48,472 nt of DNA from a virus (lineage: Duplodnaviria; Caudoviricetes). This document shows positions 1 to 8,928 of the stretch, piece after piece. The translations under genes and the position numbers were made by a program. The stretch lies in the IMG/VR virus record IMGVR_UViG_3300044512_004270, positions 1 through 48,472 of that record. One strand, written 5' to 3'. The notes beneath the pieces were generated by a model that was not told the DNA's origin, did no database searches, and saw only the letters and a program-made list of their open reading frames with translations. Each line of letters starts with the position of its first letter. Positions within the stretch are counted from its first letter, which is position 1.

Positions 1-677
1 CTATAAATTCCTACTAAATGCTCTGCCCAGAAAGGATATAAGTTTTCTCTGCAAGACAGTCTGTTTTCTGCATGATGAAAGAATACATCATTTCCCAGGT
101 AGACTCCACAATGGTTTGCTACCTTTCCTCGTACTTTAAAAATAAGTACGTCATTTTTTTGTAAATTATTTACTTTTTTATGGTTCCAATTTAATATATT
201 TTCTTCTGTAAAATAGTCTAAGTTATTTTTCTGCCACCAGTTATCTTCGAAAGGTTCTCTTGCGGGAATATTTATTCCTTCTTTTAAAAGCCAATCTCGA
301 AGTGCTTCAAAACAATCTTTTACGCCAAATTCATACTCTCTACCAATTAAGGGATATGCTGCTTTTTTAGGTTCTACAATATTTAGTTCCATCTCTGGAT
401 AACTAAAAATATAGTAAGGTATTCCTAGAGCATTACAGCAATCAATATCATGTTGAGAAGCTTCATTTGATGCATCGGGATGGCTATGTACAATTGCAAA
501 TATATCAGCTCTTTTCTTTACATCTAAGTACTGTTTGGAGGAAAAAATAAAACTTTCAGTATCCTTTGCAATATTTGAACAGGGAAACCATTCTTTCTTT
601 CCTTTTACAATTCCGATTATACCACAACCTTCTCGAGGATACTCTTTTTCAAAGTGCGCTTGTATTCTCTCAATCAC
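1..677 (-). CDS. Tail tip protein, lambda gpK-like (JAB/Mov34 + NlpC/P60); 3' end runs off the window
   Basis: Not in ORF track; manual translation from GTG at 677: MIERIQAHFEKEYPREGCG...IVHSHPD...GREYEFGVKDCF...ANHCGVYLG..FFHH. JAB HSHP motif and NlpC DC/H motifs; follows gpL. Confidence 0.9.
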   Translation of the reverse strand, partial: MIERIQAHFEKEYPREGCGIIGIVKGKKEWFPCSNIAKDTESFIFSSKQYLDVKKRADIFAIVHSHPDASNEASQHDIDCCNALGIPYYIFSYPEMELNIVEPKKAAYPLIGREYEFGVKDCFEALRDWLLKEGINIPAREPFEDNWWQKNNLDYFTEENILNWNHKKVNNLQKNDVLIFKVRGKVANHCGVYLGNDVFFHHAENRLSCRENLYPFWAEHLVGIY

Positions 678-1657
678 TTAAACTTCTTCGATCCGGGGAA
701 GCCTCCAAAAGGTAAAGGCACTTCTGTATTTAAAGTAGTATCTGTAGCATTTCCTTGAAAACGAATTTTACAAGAATTCATAGTTTTTCCGCATAAATCA
801 ATTCTTTTCCAATACTGTCTATTCGTTTCAGGATCTTTTCCATAGTTATCAAAAAGTGCTTCCCATATCTGAACTCTACTTGTAGTAGCATTCGTTGTTT
901 TTACTATATCTCCTGCAGAATAACCATTGGGATTATTATATGTTGCGCTCCAAGCATTTATAGTGCCTGTTATTTCTGTGTCGTCTTTTCGAAAAAACCT
1001 ATGCTGCTCACTTTCTTTATATCTCCAAGTACAGCCACCGCCAAAGCCCAAATCTCTTCCTTGATACTGCCAAGGGCAATATTGTCCAATGACGTTTCGG
1101 GCAGGAATTCTTACTCTCTCTAAATCCATTGGGGAAGCCAGCTCAAAAGTTACAAAAATATTATTTTCAGAAGAAATCCTATCTATATAATAAGTTTGCG
1201 AAGGTAGTTCGTCAGGAATTGCTGCGTCTGTATTACAATCAGATAAAAAAGCTTGTCTATAAACTACGCGGGTTCCAATTAAATCATCGTTTCTTTCAAA
1301 GGGAAGATTTAAGCCTGAATCATTTCGTATACTTTGCAAAACAGTTTCACTGCTATCTCGAGTTTTTGTAAGTACAGGAATATTTGCAACAGTTAAAGTA
1401 GGTCTTGCAATTGCTCCAGAAGATGCAATTTCTATTCCAGTTATCTGAATTGGAATTGCTTCATAGTCATTTTGTGCAAACTCTATCTTATTTCCTGCTT
1501 GCTCTAAATCGGTACCATTAAAAAGATAAAAAGTTCCTGCAAGATCACCAGAGTCATATCCTGGAAGAGTTATATCAAATAACTCTACAAGAGAGTCTAA
1601 GTTTCCATCCCCATCTACTATTTCTTGCTTTTGTACGGTATCTACTAAGTCTGTCAC
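674..1657 (-). CDS. Minor tail protein L (lambda gpL-like, Fe-S cysteines)
   Basis: CPWQY...GCTW...CGKTMNSCKIRF...LPFGGFPG signature; lies between M and K. Confidence 0.9.
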   Translation of the reverse strand: MTDLVDTVQKQEIVDGDGNLDSLVELFDITLPGYDSGDLAGTFYLFNGTDLEQAGNKIEFAQNDYEAIPIQITGIEIASSGAIARPTLTVANIPVLTKTRDSSETVLQSIRNDSGLNLPFERNDDLIGTRVVYRQAFLSDCNTDAAIPDELPSQTYYIDRISSENNIFVTFELASPMDLERVRIPARNVIGQYCPWQYQGRDLGFGGGCTWRYKESEQHRFFRKDDTEITGTINAWSATYNNPNGYSAGDIVKTTNATTSRVQIWEALFDNYGKDPETNRQYWKRIDLCGKTMNSCKIRFQGNATDTTLNTEVPLPFGGFPGSKKFK

Positions 1658-2052
1658 GGCTCATAAACTCTCTTTAAAGTTGTTGTAAGTGTATGCAATT
1701 CGGTATTAATATAATTAATATTATACTCTTCTGACAATACTTTAATTGTTACGTCTGTATCATCGTACTCTGTAATTACTAACTCAAAATGTTTACCAGC
1801 TTGTCTATTTAAGAATGCTGCAAGCTTATTTATTTCTGCTCTAGAGCGATTTGAGAATTTTACATTAAAAGTTTCATCAGTAGGATTTATTCCATTTTTT
1901 ACTCTTTGAGAATATCCATCTCCAAATTGAGCAGTAAGAATTCGTTGCTTTACTTGTCTTGTAGAGTTTCTATCCACAGCAATTTCAGTAGCAGAAGTAG
2001 GATTTGTTCCATCATAGCCTCCTACAGGTATTTTTATCTTATAGACTGCCAT
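1654..2052 (-). CDS. Minor/distal tail protein (lambda gpM-like)
   Basis: AQFGDGYSQRVKNGINP motif; directly downstream of the tape measure gene. Confidence 0.88.
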   Translation of the reverse strand: MAVYKIKIPVGGYDGTNPTSATEIAVDRNSTRQVKQRILTAQFGDGYSQRVKNGINPTDETFNVKFSNRSRAEINKLAAFLNRQAGKHFELVITEYDDTDVTIKVLSEEYNINYINTELHTLTTTLKRVYEP

Positions 2053-5000
2053 TAGGATACTCCGTTCGGATTAAGTATACCGCCCTGTCTTTTTTGATTT
2101 AACAATTCTTGCTGTACGGCACTAGCAATAACTCTTCCTAGATCCATTCCTTGCTGATCGCCTTCACTATTTTGATTAGTATTGCCATTGCTATCAATTG
2201 AAACATTTACCGTAACATTATTTTGCTGACCCATTCCTCGACCCATGCTGACAGGAATTGACTTACCATCAGGAAGAGGAACAATTGCTTCATTATACTT
2301 ACCTTCGCCAACAAGACCTACTGTAGGACTTTTTGCAATTCCTCCATTTGCATATGCTGCGGAACGAAAGCCGCCTTTTGCAATTCCGCCGTTGGCGAAG
2401 AAAAGACTAAACAACCCTCCTATACCGCCACCTCCGGCACCTCCGAATAAACTTCCAAGAAGGTCTGGAAGAGATTTAAATAAGTCTGCAAAAAGACTAC
2501 CGCCCTCTTGGAAGACTCCTCCCATCTTTTCAAGGAATCCGCCGTCTATATTCTTATCAAAAACATCAGAGAAAGCATTAATGAACCCACTAAAAATTCC
2601 TCCGGTTCTTCGAGTTTTAGAACTTTCTGTATAGCCTTCTGTTTCATTTCCTACCGTAACTTTACCTGTAGTCTCTCTGCCAAAGAGTTTTTCCATTATA
2701 CTTTTTTTCTCCGGTGTTGTAGAGCTATCATTACCCATTGCTGTTTTTTGAATTTCCCCTAATGGAGTTACACTTTCACCTCTTACAGCAGCTTCTACAA
2801 TTCTACCGTGTTCTTCCGCTGCTTCTAGCATTTTTTGCTTAATTCTTTCTTCTGGGGACATTATTCCAAAAAGACTCTCCATCAACCCTTGTGTCATTTG
2901 CTGAGCTAGTGTATCTGCAACTGCTGATAGCGTTGATTGGGCAATGGAAAGCATTGCATCTTTTAAGCTACTTTCATCTCCCTTTATTAAAGAGGCTAAG
3001 TTACTTTGAACACTTGTTTCAAAGGCTTGAAGAGCTGCTTGTTGAAGTTGAAATAAGGTATCTTTCTGAAGCTCTAATTCTGCTGTTTTTTCTTGAGTAA
3101 GACCTAGTTCTGCTGCTGCGAGCTCAATAGACCTTTCTCTAGCTACATTAGTATCCAGCAAGGTTTGTTGATCCCTGGTTAGAGTTTCTCCACGGTCTCG
3201 AGCAAGTTGAGCGGCTTTAATAGCTCCCTCATCCTCGCCCATTAGCTTAGTTGCTTGTCTAATTTTTTCAGTTAATTCAAACTCTTTTATTTTACTTTTT
3301 ACTATATCTGCTTCTATTTTTATAGCGTCTTTAACTAGCTTTGTTTTACCTCTCGAAGCAGTAATTAATGCAGTATCTGTTGCTAAAGTATTTTTAGCGA
3401 TTTTAAATTCAAGATCTGCCAAACTTTGTATTAAAGATTTTCTATCTTTTAAAAATTTTAACCTTTCTTCCTCTACTTCAGTAAGCTGTCGTCCTTCCTT
3501 ATTTTTTTCATACTGAAGTGCAATATCTTGCAAGAGCCTTAACTCTTGATTCATATTTACTAATAGTTGATCATACTCACTTAAAGGAAGTACTCTAGCC
3601 TCCGCCGTAGAAATAGCTCTTGAGTTTTCGGTTTGTAGTCTAGTTAATTCACTTATTTCTGCTGCTAAGCTTTCTACAGCGGTTCTTTGTTTTAATAATA
3701 ACTCTATATCAACTTCTTGATTTTTTTCCAATGCATCTAAAGAAGCTTTATAAGAATTAACAACAGTACTAGCGTGGAAGCGTTCGTTAGTAATCCCCTC
3801 CAAAGCTTTTTTATCGTCTAATAATATTTTTAGAGCATTTTCAGCAGGAGTTAATTCTTCTTTTTTGGCTTCTATATACTCCTGCAACCCCATAGTAGCT
3901 TTTTTTCTAATTTCTGTTACTTCTTCTACTAAACTTTTTTCCTTCTTTTGGGCAAAAAGAAATGCTACAGGAGAAGCACCTGAACCAGACTCTAAAATGC
4001 TTCTAGAAGTGCGCTGAGAAGCTTCTGATGCGCGAGCAGCCCCAGGAAGATCTTTTTCAGCTTGTTCTATTACTCCGCTTATTTCTTTTTGTATAGCTAT
4101 TAGTTCTTTTGAGCCTTGTAAAGCGTCTCCTAATTTTTGAGTAGAAGTATTTGACAGTCTTTTTCCATAAGCTTCTACTGCTTTATTACCATAGTCAAAA
4201 GTATCATTTAAAATATTTTGAACTGCAATAAACTCCTCTGTCTCTGCTGTAAGAGTTTCTACTTTACTTTGTAAATAATCATATTTGGGCCCTGCTCCTT
4301 CTGCTTCTTTTCCTGAGCGAAAAAAGGACACGGCCAACGCCCCTAAACTCGCTATTAAACCAATCCAAGAAATAGCGCTCAAAGCCATAGAAATGCCTGC
4401 TCCTGCTGCTTGTGCGCCTCTTACAAGACTTGCAAATAAACCTGCTGCAGATGTTTTAATATTTGCAAAGCTTTTCTGAACTGCAAAAGTTAAAGTTTTA
4501 AAATGAAGTTCCATCTTTTTTGTAGTAAGTTTATTTGCGCGCTCCATTTCGTTTAAAGTTCTATGCAAACTTGCTTTAATTTCTCTATCTTTAATTTTAT
4601 AACCACGAGCTTCTGTTTGCAAATTTTTCCGAACTTGAGCAATCTGAGCATTACTTAATTGTTTTCCATCTTTTAATTTCTGTAAAAGACTATTTTTATT
4701 TGCCTGTACGTCTGCGAGCCTTACTTGTGCATTTGCTTGTACTTCTTTTTGTAATGCTTGTTGTAAAACTGCAGAGCTTTTTACAAGCTCATCATCTTTA
4801 AGAGATTCTTTTAATGATTTTTGAGCCTTTTCGGAAGCGCTTTCAGCTCGAGTTGCCATATTATCCAAAGCACCACTAACTTTTTCTAGTCCTGGTAATG
4901 CGGTTTTTAATACTTGAGCACCAAAAGGAGCAAAGGCTGCAAAAATAAGTGCAGGCATTTCTTGTAATGTAGTAGCAATAGGTGTTAAAAAGTCTACTGC

Positions 5001-5807
5001 AAATTTTCGTAAATTATTTACAATATCTTCAAAAGCTGTTGAAAGTTTTGCAAATTCATTTGCACCTCCTCCAGTTACTGCTAGTACCTTTCCATACTTT
5101 TCTTCTGCTTGAGTAAGGACTTCATTTGCAACTGCTTGGCTTCTTTCGAAAGCTGTTAAAGAATCTTTGCTCCTTCCCAAAGCGTCCGCATAGTTTTGAG
5201 TAGCAGTATCTAGCCTAAGAATAATACCTAATTCATCCAACAATTCTGGCTCAGCTTTTGTAATGCCTCTCGTTAAACGATTGAAAGAATCAGTAAGATC
5301 TCTACCAAGAACAGTAGAAGCATCTTTTGCTGCTTTTGCAACTTGAGTAATTTGTGTGGGATCTAAGCCAGCTGCGGTGCCTATTGCCGCCGCCTGAGCA
5401 GCGTCTCTAAAGCCTAATTGGGCGTCGGTTGCTGCTTGTATATCTTCTGTTAAAGATTTAAGAGATATACCTGTTGCAGCGGCATAAGCAATTTGACCGC
5501 TTTGTAGTAATCCTAGCTGGCCCGCATCTTTTAAAAAGTTAAATGCTGCACTAACTGCAAATATCTGTGCAGCAAGAGTCGCATAGGCAGGAACAAGACC
5601 CCCGGAGATGCCTTGTGCCATTTTCGAAAAGTTTTTGCTACTATTTGCGGAAGTTTGAGCAGCTCCTTTAAGATTTCGATCAGCAGTACGAGCAGATTTT
5701 CCAGCTCTATCTAAGCCTGTGGCCGCTTTTTCAGCATTTTGTCCAACTATTTTAAGATTGCCTTTGTCGGTAAGCTTAATAGTTAAATTAATTTCATTTT
5801 TTGCCAT
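2052..5807 (-). CDS. Tail tape measure protein
   Basis: 1251 aa, helical and Ala-rich; T5-like N-terminus (KAEPELLDELGIILRL); lambda-like C-terminus (FANGGI..GEGKYNEAIVPL). Confidence 0.93.
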   Translation of the reverse strand: MAKNEINLTIKLTDKGNLKIVGQNAEKAATGLDRAGKSARTADRNLKGAAQTSANSSKNFSKMAQGISGGLVPAYATLAAQIFAVSAAFNFLKDAGQLGLLQSGQIAYAAATGISLKSLTEDIQAATDAQLGFRDAAQAAAIGTAAGLDPTQITQVAKAAKDASTVLGRDLTDSFNRLTRGITKAEPELLDELGIILRLDTATQNYADALGRSKDSLTAFERSQAVANEVLTQAEEKYGKVLAVTGGGANEFAKLSTAFEDIVNNLRKFAVDFLTPIATTLQEMPALIFAAFAPFGAQVLKTALPGLEKVSGALDNMATRAESASEKAQKSLKESLKDDELVKSSAVLQQALQKEVQANAQVRLADVQANKNSLLQKLKDGKQLSNAQIAQVRKNLQTEARGYKIKDREIKASLHRTLNEMERANKLTTKKMELHFKTLTFAVQKSFANIKTSAAGLFASLVRGAQAAGAGISMALSAISWIGLIASLGALAVSFFRSGKEAEGAGPKYDYLQSKVETLTAETEEFIAVQNILNDTFDYGNKAVEAYGKRLSNTSTQKLGDALQGSKELIAIQKEISGVIEQAEKDLPGAARASEASQRTSRSILESGSGASPVAFLFAQKKEKSLVEEVTEIRKKATMGLQEYIEAKKEELTPAENALKILLDDKKALEGITNERFHASTVVNSYKASLDALEKNQEVDIELLLKQRTAVESLAAEISELTRLQTENSRAISTAEARVLPLSEYDQLLVNMNQELRLLQDIALQYEKNKEGRQLTEVEEERLKFLKDRKSLIQSLADLEFKIAKNTLATDTALITASRGKTKLVKDAIKIEADIVKSKIKEFELTEKIRQATKLMGEDEGAIKAAQLARDRGETLTRDQQTLLDTNVARERSIELAAAELGLTQEKTAELELQKDTLFQLQQAALQAFETSVQSNLASLIKGDESSLKDAMLSIAQSTLSAVADTLAQQMTQGLMESLFGIMSPEERIKQKMLEAAEEHGRIVEAAVRGESVTPLGEIQKTAMGNDSSTTPEKKSIMEKLFGRETTGKVTVGNETEGYTESSKTRRTGGIFSGFINAFSDVFDKNIDGGFLEKMGGVFQEGGSLFADLFKSLPDLLGSLFGGAGGGGIGGLFSLFFANGGIAKGGFRSAAYANGGIAKSPTVGLVGEGKYNEAIVPLPDGKSIPVSMGRGMGQQNNVTVNVSIDSNGNTNQNSEGDQQGMDLGRVIASAVQQELLNQKRQGGILNPNGVS

Positions 5808-6244
5808 TAGCCGCGAACATTATGGGTGTACTGTTTTCCACCTCCTGGAGACTTAGCTTTGCGCTCCTCTGCTTTACGTTTTTTCTCTGCTTCTTCTGCT
5901 CTGTAAGATATGAGAAGATTCTCATAAATTTTTAAAAAGAAAAATACTTCTTTTTGATTTTCAATTTCGTATATTTTAAATATATACTCTAAACTATTCC
6001 AGTCTTTTCCTAAATAGGTTCCCGACATTCCATCCCAGCGATCAGACATTAATCCATATATAAAAAATGCCACTTGAACTTCCTCCGGAAAAGAAGAAGA
6101 CTCGAGCGGCATTTTGGCTGGGTCAGGCTCTTGGCCTAACTGCTCACACATCCGTAGATATTTTTCTACGTCTATATGAGCAGATTCTTTTACGTATTTT
6201 TCAAGTAACTGTCGAACTTCAGCTACTTGTTGCTCGTAAAATTT
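5807..6244 (-). CDS. Tail assembly chaperone C-terminal (gpT-like) frame, reached by -1 frameshift
   Basis: The frame of ORF 5807..6151 stays open upstream to the slippery heptamer A AAT TTT at 6238-6244 (FYEQQVAEVRQLLEKYVKESAHIDVEKYLRMCEQ...). Confidence 0.8.
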   Translation of the reverse strand, partial: KFYEQQVAEVRQLLEKYVKESAHIDVEKYLRMCEQLGQEPDPAKMPLESSSFPEEVQVAFFIYGLMSDRWDGMSGTYLGKDWNSLEYIFKIYEIENQKEVFFFLKIYENLLISYRAEEAEKKRKAEERKAKSPGGGKQYTHNVRG

Positions 6245-6651
6245 TCAAGGTCACCTACTGATTCTGTCACCCATGTATCAAAATCATTTGCATTCTTCAT
6301 CAGAAGCTCTGCATTTTCTTGAGTATACATTAATTCATTATCAGGATCTTGTCCAGAAATATCAACCAAAAGAAGCTCTTCTAGGTATCGAAATTTCAGT
6401 CCTTTCCATCCTTTAATTACTGCATTACAATATTCTGTTAAAAACTTTTCTTCATCTAAGATTTCTTCCGGTTGTCTTGTTTTTCTATCAAACTTTGTAG
6501 TAAGACAACGCTTTCGAAGTTTAATCAGCTCTTCTCTTGCTAAGTAGCAAAGATCTACTTTCATTCCTGAGTAGCCAGGAAAGTCAATTGTTACTGTCTT
6601 ACTTGGAGTCATGAGACTCGCGAGAGAGATAGGCTCTTTTTTGTCTGTCAT
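6223..6651 (-). CDS. Tail assembly chaperone (gpG-like)
   Basis: Position between major tail and tape measure genes; VIKGWKGL motif; ends at a slippery site. Confidence 0.85.
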   Translation of the reverse strand: MTDKKEPISLASLMTPSKTVTIDFPGYSGMKVDLCYLAREELIKLRKRCLTTKFDRKTRQPEEILDEEKFLTEYCNAVIKGWKGLKFRYLEELLLVDISGQDPDNELMYTQENAELLMKNANDFDTWVTESVGDLENFTSNK

Positions 6652-6689
6652 AGTTGGTCCTTAAAGGTTTTTATTGATTTATACCACAT

Positions 6690-6718
6690 ATTATATCGAA
6701 GGCCAGGAAAAATGTCAA
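6690..6718 (-). promoter_or_regulatory. Consensus sigma70 promoter for chaperone/tape measure operon
   Basis: Minus strand TTGACA-17nt-TATAAT. Confidence 0.85.
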
Positions 6719-6740
6719 GAATTATTTTTAACACCTGGAA

Positions 6741-6765
6741 AGAAAAAACCCGCCGAAGCGGGTTT
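6741..6765 (-). terminator. Rho-independent terminator after major tail gene
   Basis: Minus strand AAACCCGC-TTCG-GCGGGTTT followed by TTTCT. Confidence 0.85.
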
Positions 6766-6786
6766 AGGTTAAAGTTATTATAGTTA

Positions 6787-8415
6787 TTAAGCGGTAACTC
6801 CGAATACTTCCATGTTAAACTCATCAACAGTATTGAAGTCATTAGTATATGCACCAAAGTTTGTCTCCAATGCAATAACATCTTCGATACTATGAGTAGG
6901 TACGTCAATATGAACTTTCGGGAAGTTCAAGTTAAGTCGTGGCTGTCCAGAAACAGTTCCTCCTACTTTAAAAGTTACATCAAAATCGTTTACAACTTTT
7001 GTAAGACCTTTCGTAGGATTTACAAGATCAGAGAAAAAGTCTGCAGAAGATCCTGTATTGTCACCATCATTTCCAGTATCATCAAACACTAAGTAGCAAG
7101 TAAAATTACCTCCAATTGCTCGTGACCCCGTTACACCTTCAACAGGCTTATTAATTGTACCAAGTTCTTCTGGCACAAGATAAGTTACGTTATTAGAAAT
7201 TGTAATATTTCCTCCCGTAAGAGTAAAAGTGTAAATACCAGTATGAACAATTCCACCACTGCTATAGCCATCTAAGCTACTAGTGTCTGTAGAAATAGTA
7301 ATGCTTGTTGAGGTGACTGCAGTCACAGTATGATTAATTCCATTCAGAGCTGCCTGAAGAGTATTATTTGTAGAGGTGTTATCATCAACTATTCCTGAGA
7401 AGGAGATTGTATCACCGACAACTACCCCATGTCCACTACCTACTGTAATAACGGCAGAAGATGCATTACTTACGTTAGTAAGTGTTACGGGTTTTCCTTC
7501 CATTACGTCAGGGTTCCGACCTCGAACAGATAGTTGAGTTAAACGATTACGAATAAAATTATTAGTAGAGGTTACACCGCTACTAATTGCAGGGTAATAA
7601 GCGTCGTGAACAGCAGCACTACCAGAGGGCTTGCCTCCAGAATCTACCGGCACATATAGTTTAAGATCAGAGCCGCTATTCAGCCAGACTTTATCTTGTA
7701 CTACTGAAGGTTCTGTAGTACCTACAGCGACTAGTCCCAAACTTTTTAGATCTTCAACTTCTTTTGCAAATCCAGACCAGTTAGCAGTTGCAATTCCATC
7801 AATATCAAAATCAATAGAGCACTCATTTACAATCGAGTTACTTAGCTTATAAACCATCGGCTCATTCGGATCCGTCTCAAATACAAAGTATAAAGTCATC
7901 TGAGGAAGAGTAGATCTATTTGAGTTTTGAAATCCTAAAAGGCCCCCTACTGCAGTATTATCAGAAGGAAGACTTGCACCCAGTTCGTCATATACAAGAC
8001 CACTAGTACCTCCAACTCCATTTACAGGATTTGTTGATCGAGTATAGTCTCCTTCGAGGGTAGTAGTAGTATTTGTTACTCCTGTTCCCCCAAATTCATC
8101 AGCTCCTGCCATTGCTGCCCAAAGAACCTGATCTACAAGATGCATTTTGCTAGAGCCACGATTTGTGGGTCGTACATAAGTACTAAAAGACCATTCCGCA
8201 GGAGCCAAAGAGTCTGTAAAGAGACGTCGGCCCCGCCGGCTAATACCTGCAGTACTTTCCATTTCATTCAATCCAATTTCAGATTGATTTGTGCTCTGCG
8301 AAAAACTAAAACCGTCAAGTACAGGAATTTCCCAGAGACCTTGAAAGTCTCCGTCAATATCTGTCAGCTCAACGTATAGTTTCGCGTCGCGACTAAAATA
8401 AAGTTTATCTGCCAT
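6787..8415 (-). CDS. Major tail tube protein (T5 pb6-like) with inserted accessory domain
   Basis: WEIPVLDGFSFSQ, FTDSLAPAEWSFSTYVRP, ISNNVTYLVPEELGTINKP, HIDVPTHSIEDVI; strong RBS AGGAGA. Confidence 0.9.
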   Translation of the reverse strand: MADKLYFSRDAKLYVELTDIDGDFQGLWEIPVLDGFSFSQSTNQSEIGLNEMESTAGISRRGRRLFTDSLAPAEWSFSTYVRPTNRGSSKMHLVDQVLWAAMAGADEFGGTGVTNTTTTLEGDYTRSTNPVNGVGGTSGLVYDELGASLPSDNTAVGGLLGFQNSNRSTLPQMTLYFVFETDPNEPMVYKLSNSIVNECSIDFDIDGIATANWSGFAKEVEDLKSLGLVAVGTTEPSVVQDKVWLNSGSDLKLYVPVDSGGKPSGSAAVHDAYYPAISSGVTSTNNFIRNRLTQLSVRGRNPDVMEGKPVTLTNVSNASSAVITVGSGHGVVVGDTISFSGIVDDNTSTNNTLQAALNGINHTVTAVTSTSITISTDTSSLDGYSSGGIVHTGIYTFTLTGGNITISNNVTYLVPEELGTINKPVEGVTGSRAIGGNFTCYLVFDDTGNDGDNTGSSADFFSDLVNPTKGLTKVVNDFDVTFKVGGTVSGQPRLNLNFPKVHIDVPTHSIEDVIALETNFGAYTNDFNTVDEFNMEVFGVTA

Positions 8416-8475
8416 AGATTATCTCCTATGTCTTGAAAAGGCATGGACGTGAACGTTTGTTCGTGCCAGCATTTT

Positions 8476-8928
8476 CTAGTATCGAACCTCAATAAGAATT
8501 TCTGCAACTCCTAAAGGTTCTAATACACCTTCATCAGTATCAATACTAATGACTGTGATTTGTTGAGTATGCTGTTTAAGACCTAAGCGATCATAGTATT
8601 CCAGCCTACTATTTTCTTCTAAAACTGTTTCGACGTCTTCTATTAACTCATCGAGAGCATCTACTGCATCTTCTTGATTTACATAACATCGAATTGTAAC
8701 ATTTAAGAAACGATCTTTATACCCACCGCCTTGGTACTGTCTTGTTTCTGAGCCTGCATTTAAATGAATTGCAGGAAACTCTTCTACTTCGTCCCAAAAT
8801 TTTAATCGAGGACTTATTTCCGCAACTGCAGAGTGATAGGCTCCTTGACCATTTATTAAGGCTAATTTATCTGTAATACCTTTTGTAATGGCGGCTCTAC
8901 GGCTAGTAAAAGTTCTTTCAGCTGCCAT
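8476..8928 (-). CDS. Tail terminator protein (T5 p142-like)
   Basis: KFWDEVEEFPAIHL..ETRQY, SIDTDEGVLEPLGVAEI; upstream of tail tube gene. Confidence 0.8.
   Translation of the reverse strand: MAAERTFTSRRAAITKGITDKLALINGQGAYHSAVAEISPRLKFWDEVEEFPAIHLNAGSETRQYQGGGYKDRFLNVTIRCYVNQEDAVDALDELIEDVETVLEENSRLEYYDRLGLKQHTQQITVISIDTDEGVLEPLGVAEILIEVRY

Noticed and set aside
6648-6908. 86-aa minus-strand ORF
   Set aside because: It spans the end of the tail gene, a terminator and a promoter.
8440-8468. Inverted repeat upstream of the major tail gene
   Set aside because: It pairs well only on the non-transcribed strand through G-U pairs and has no U-tract.
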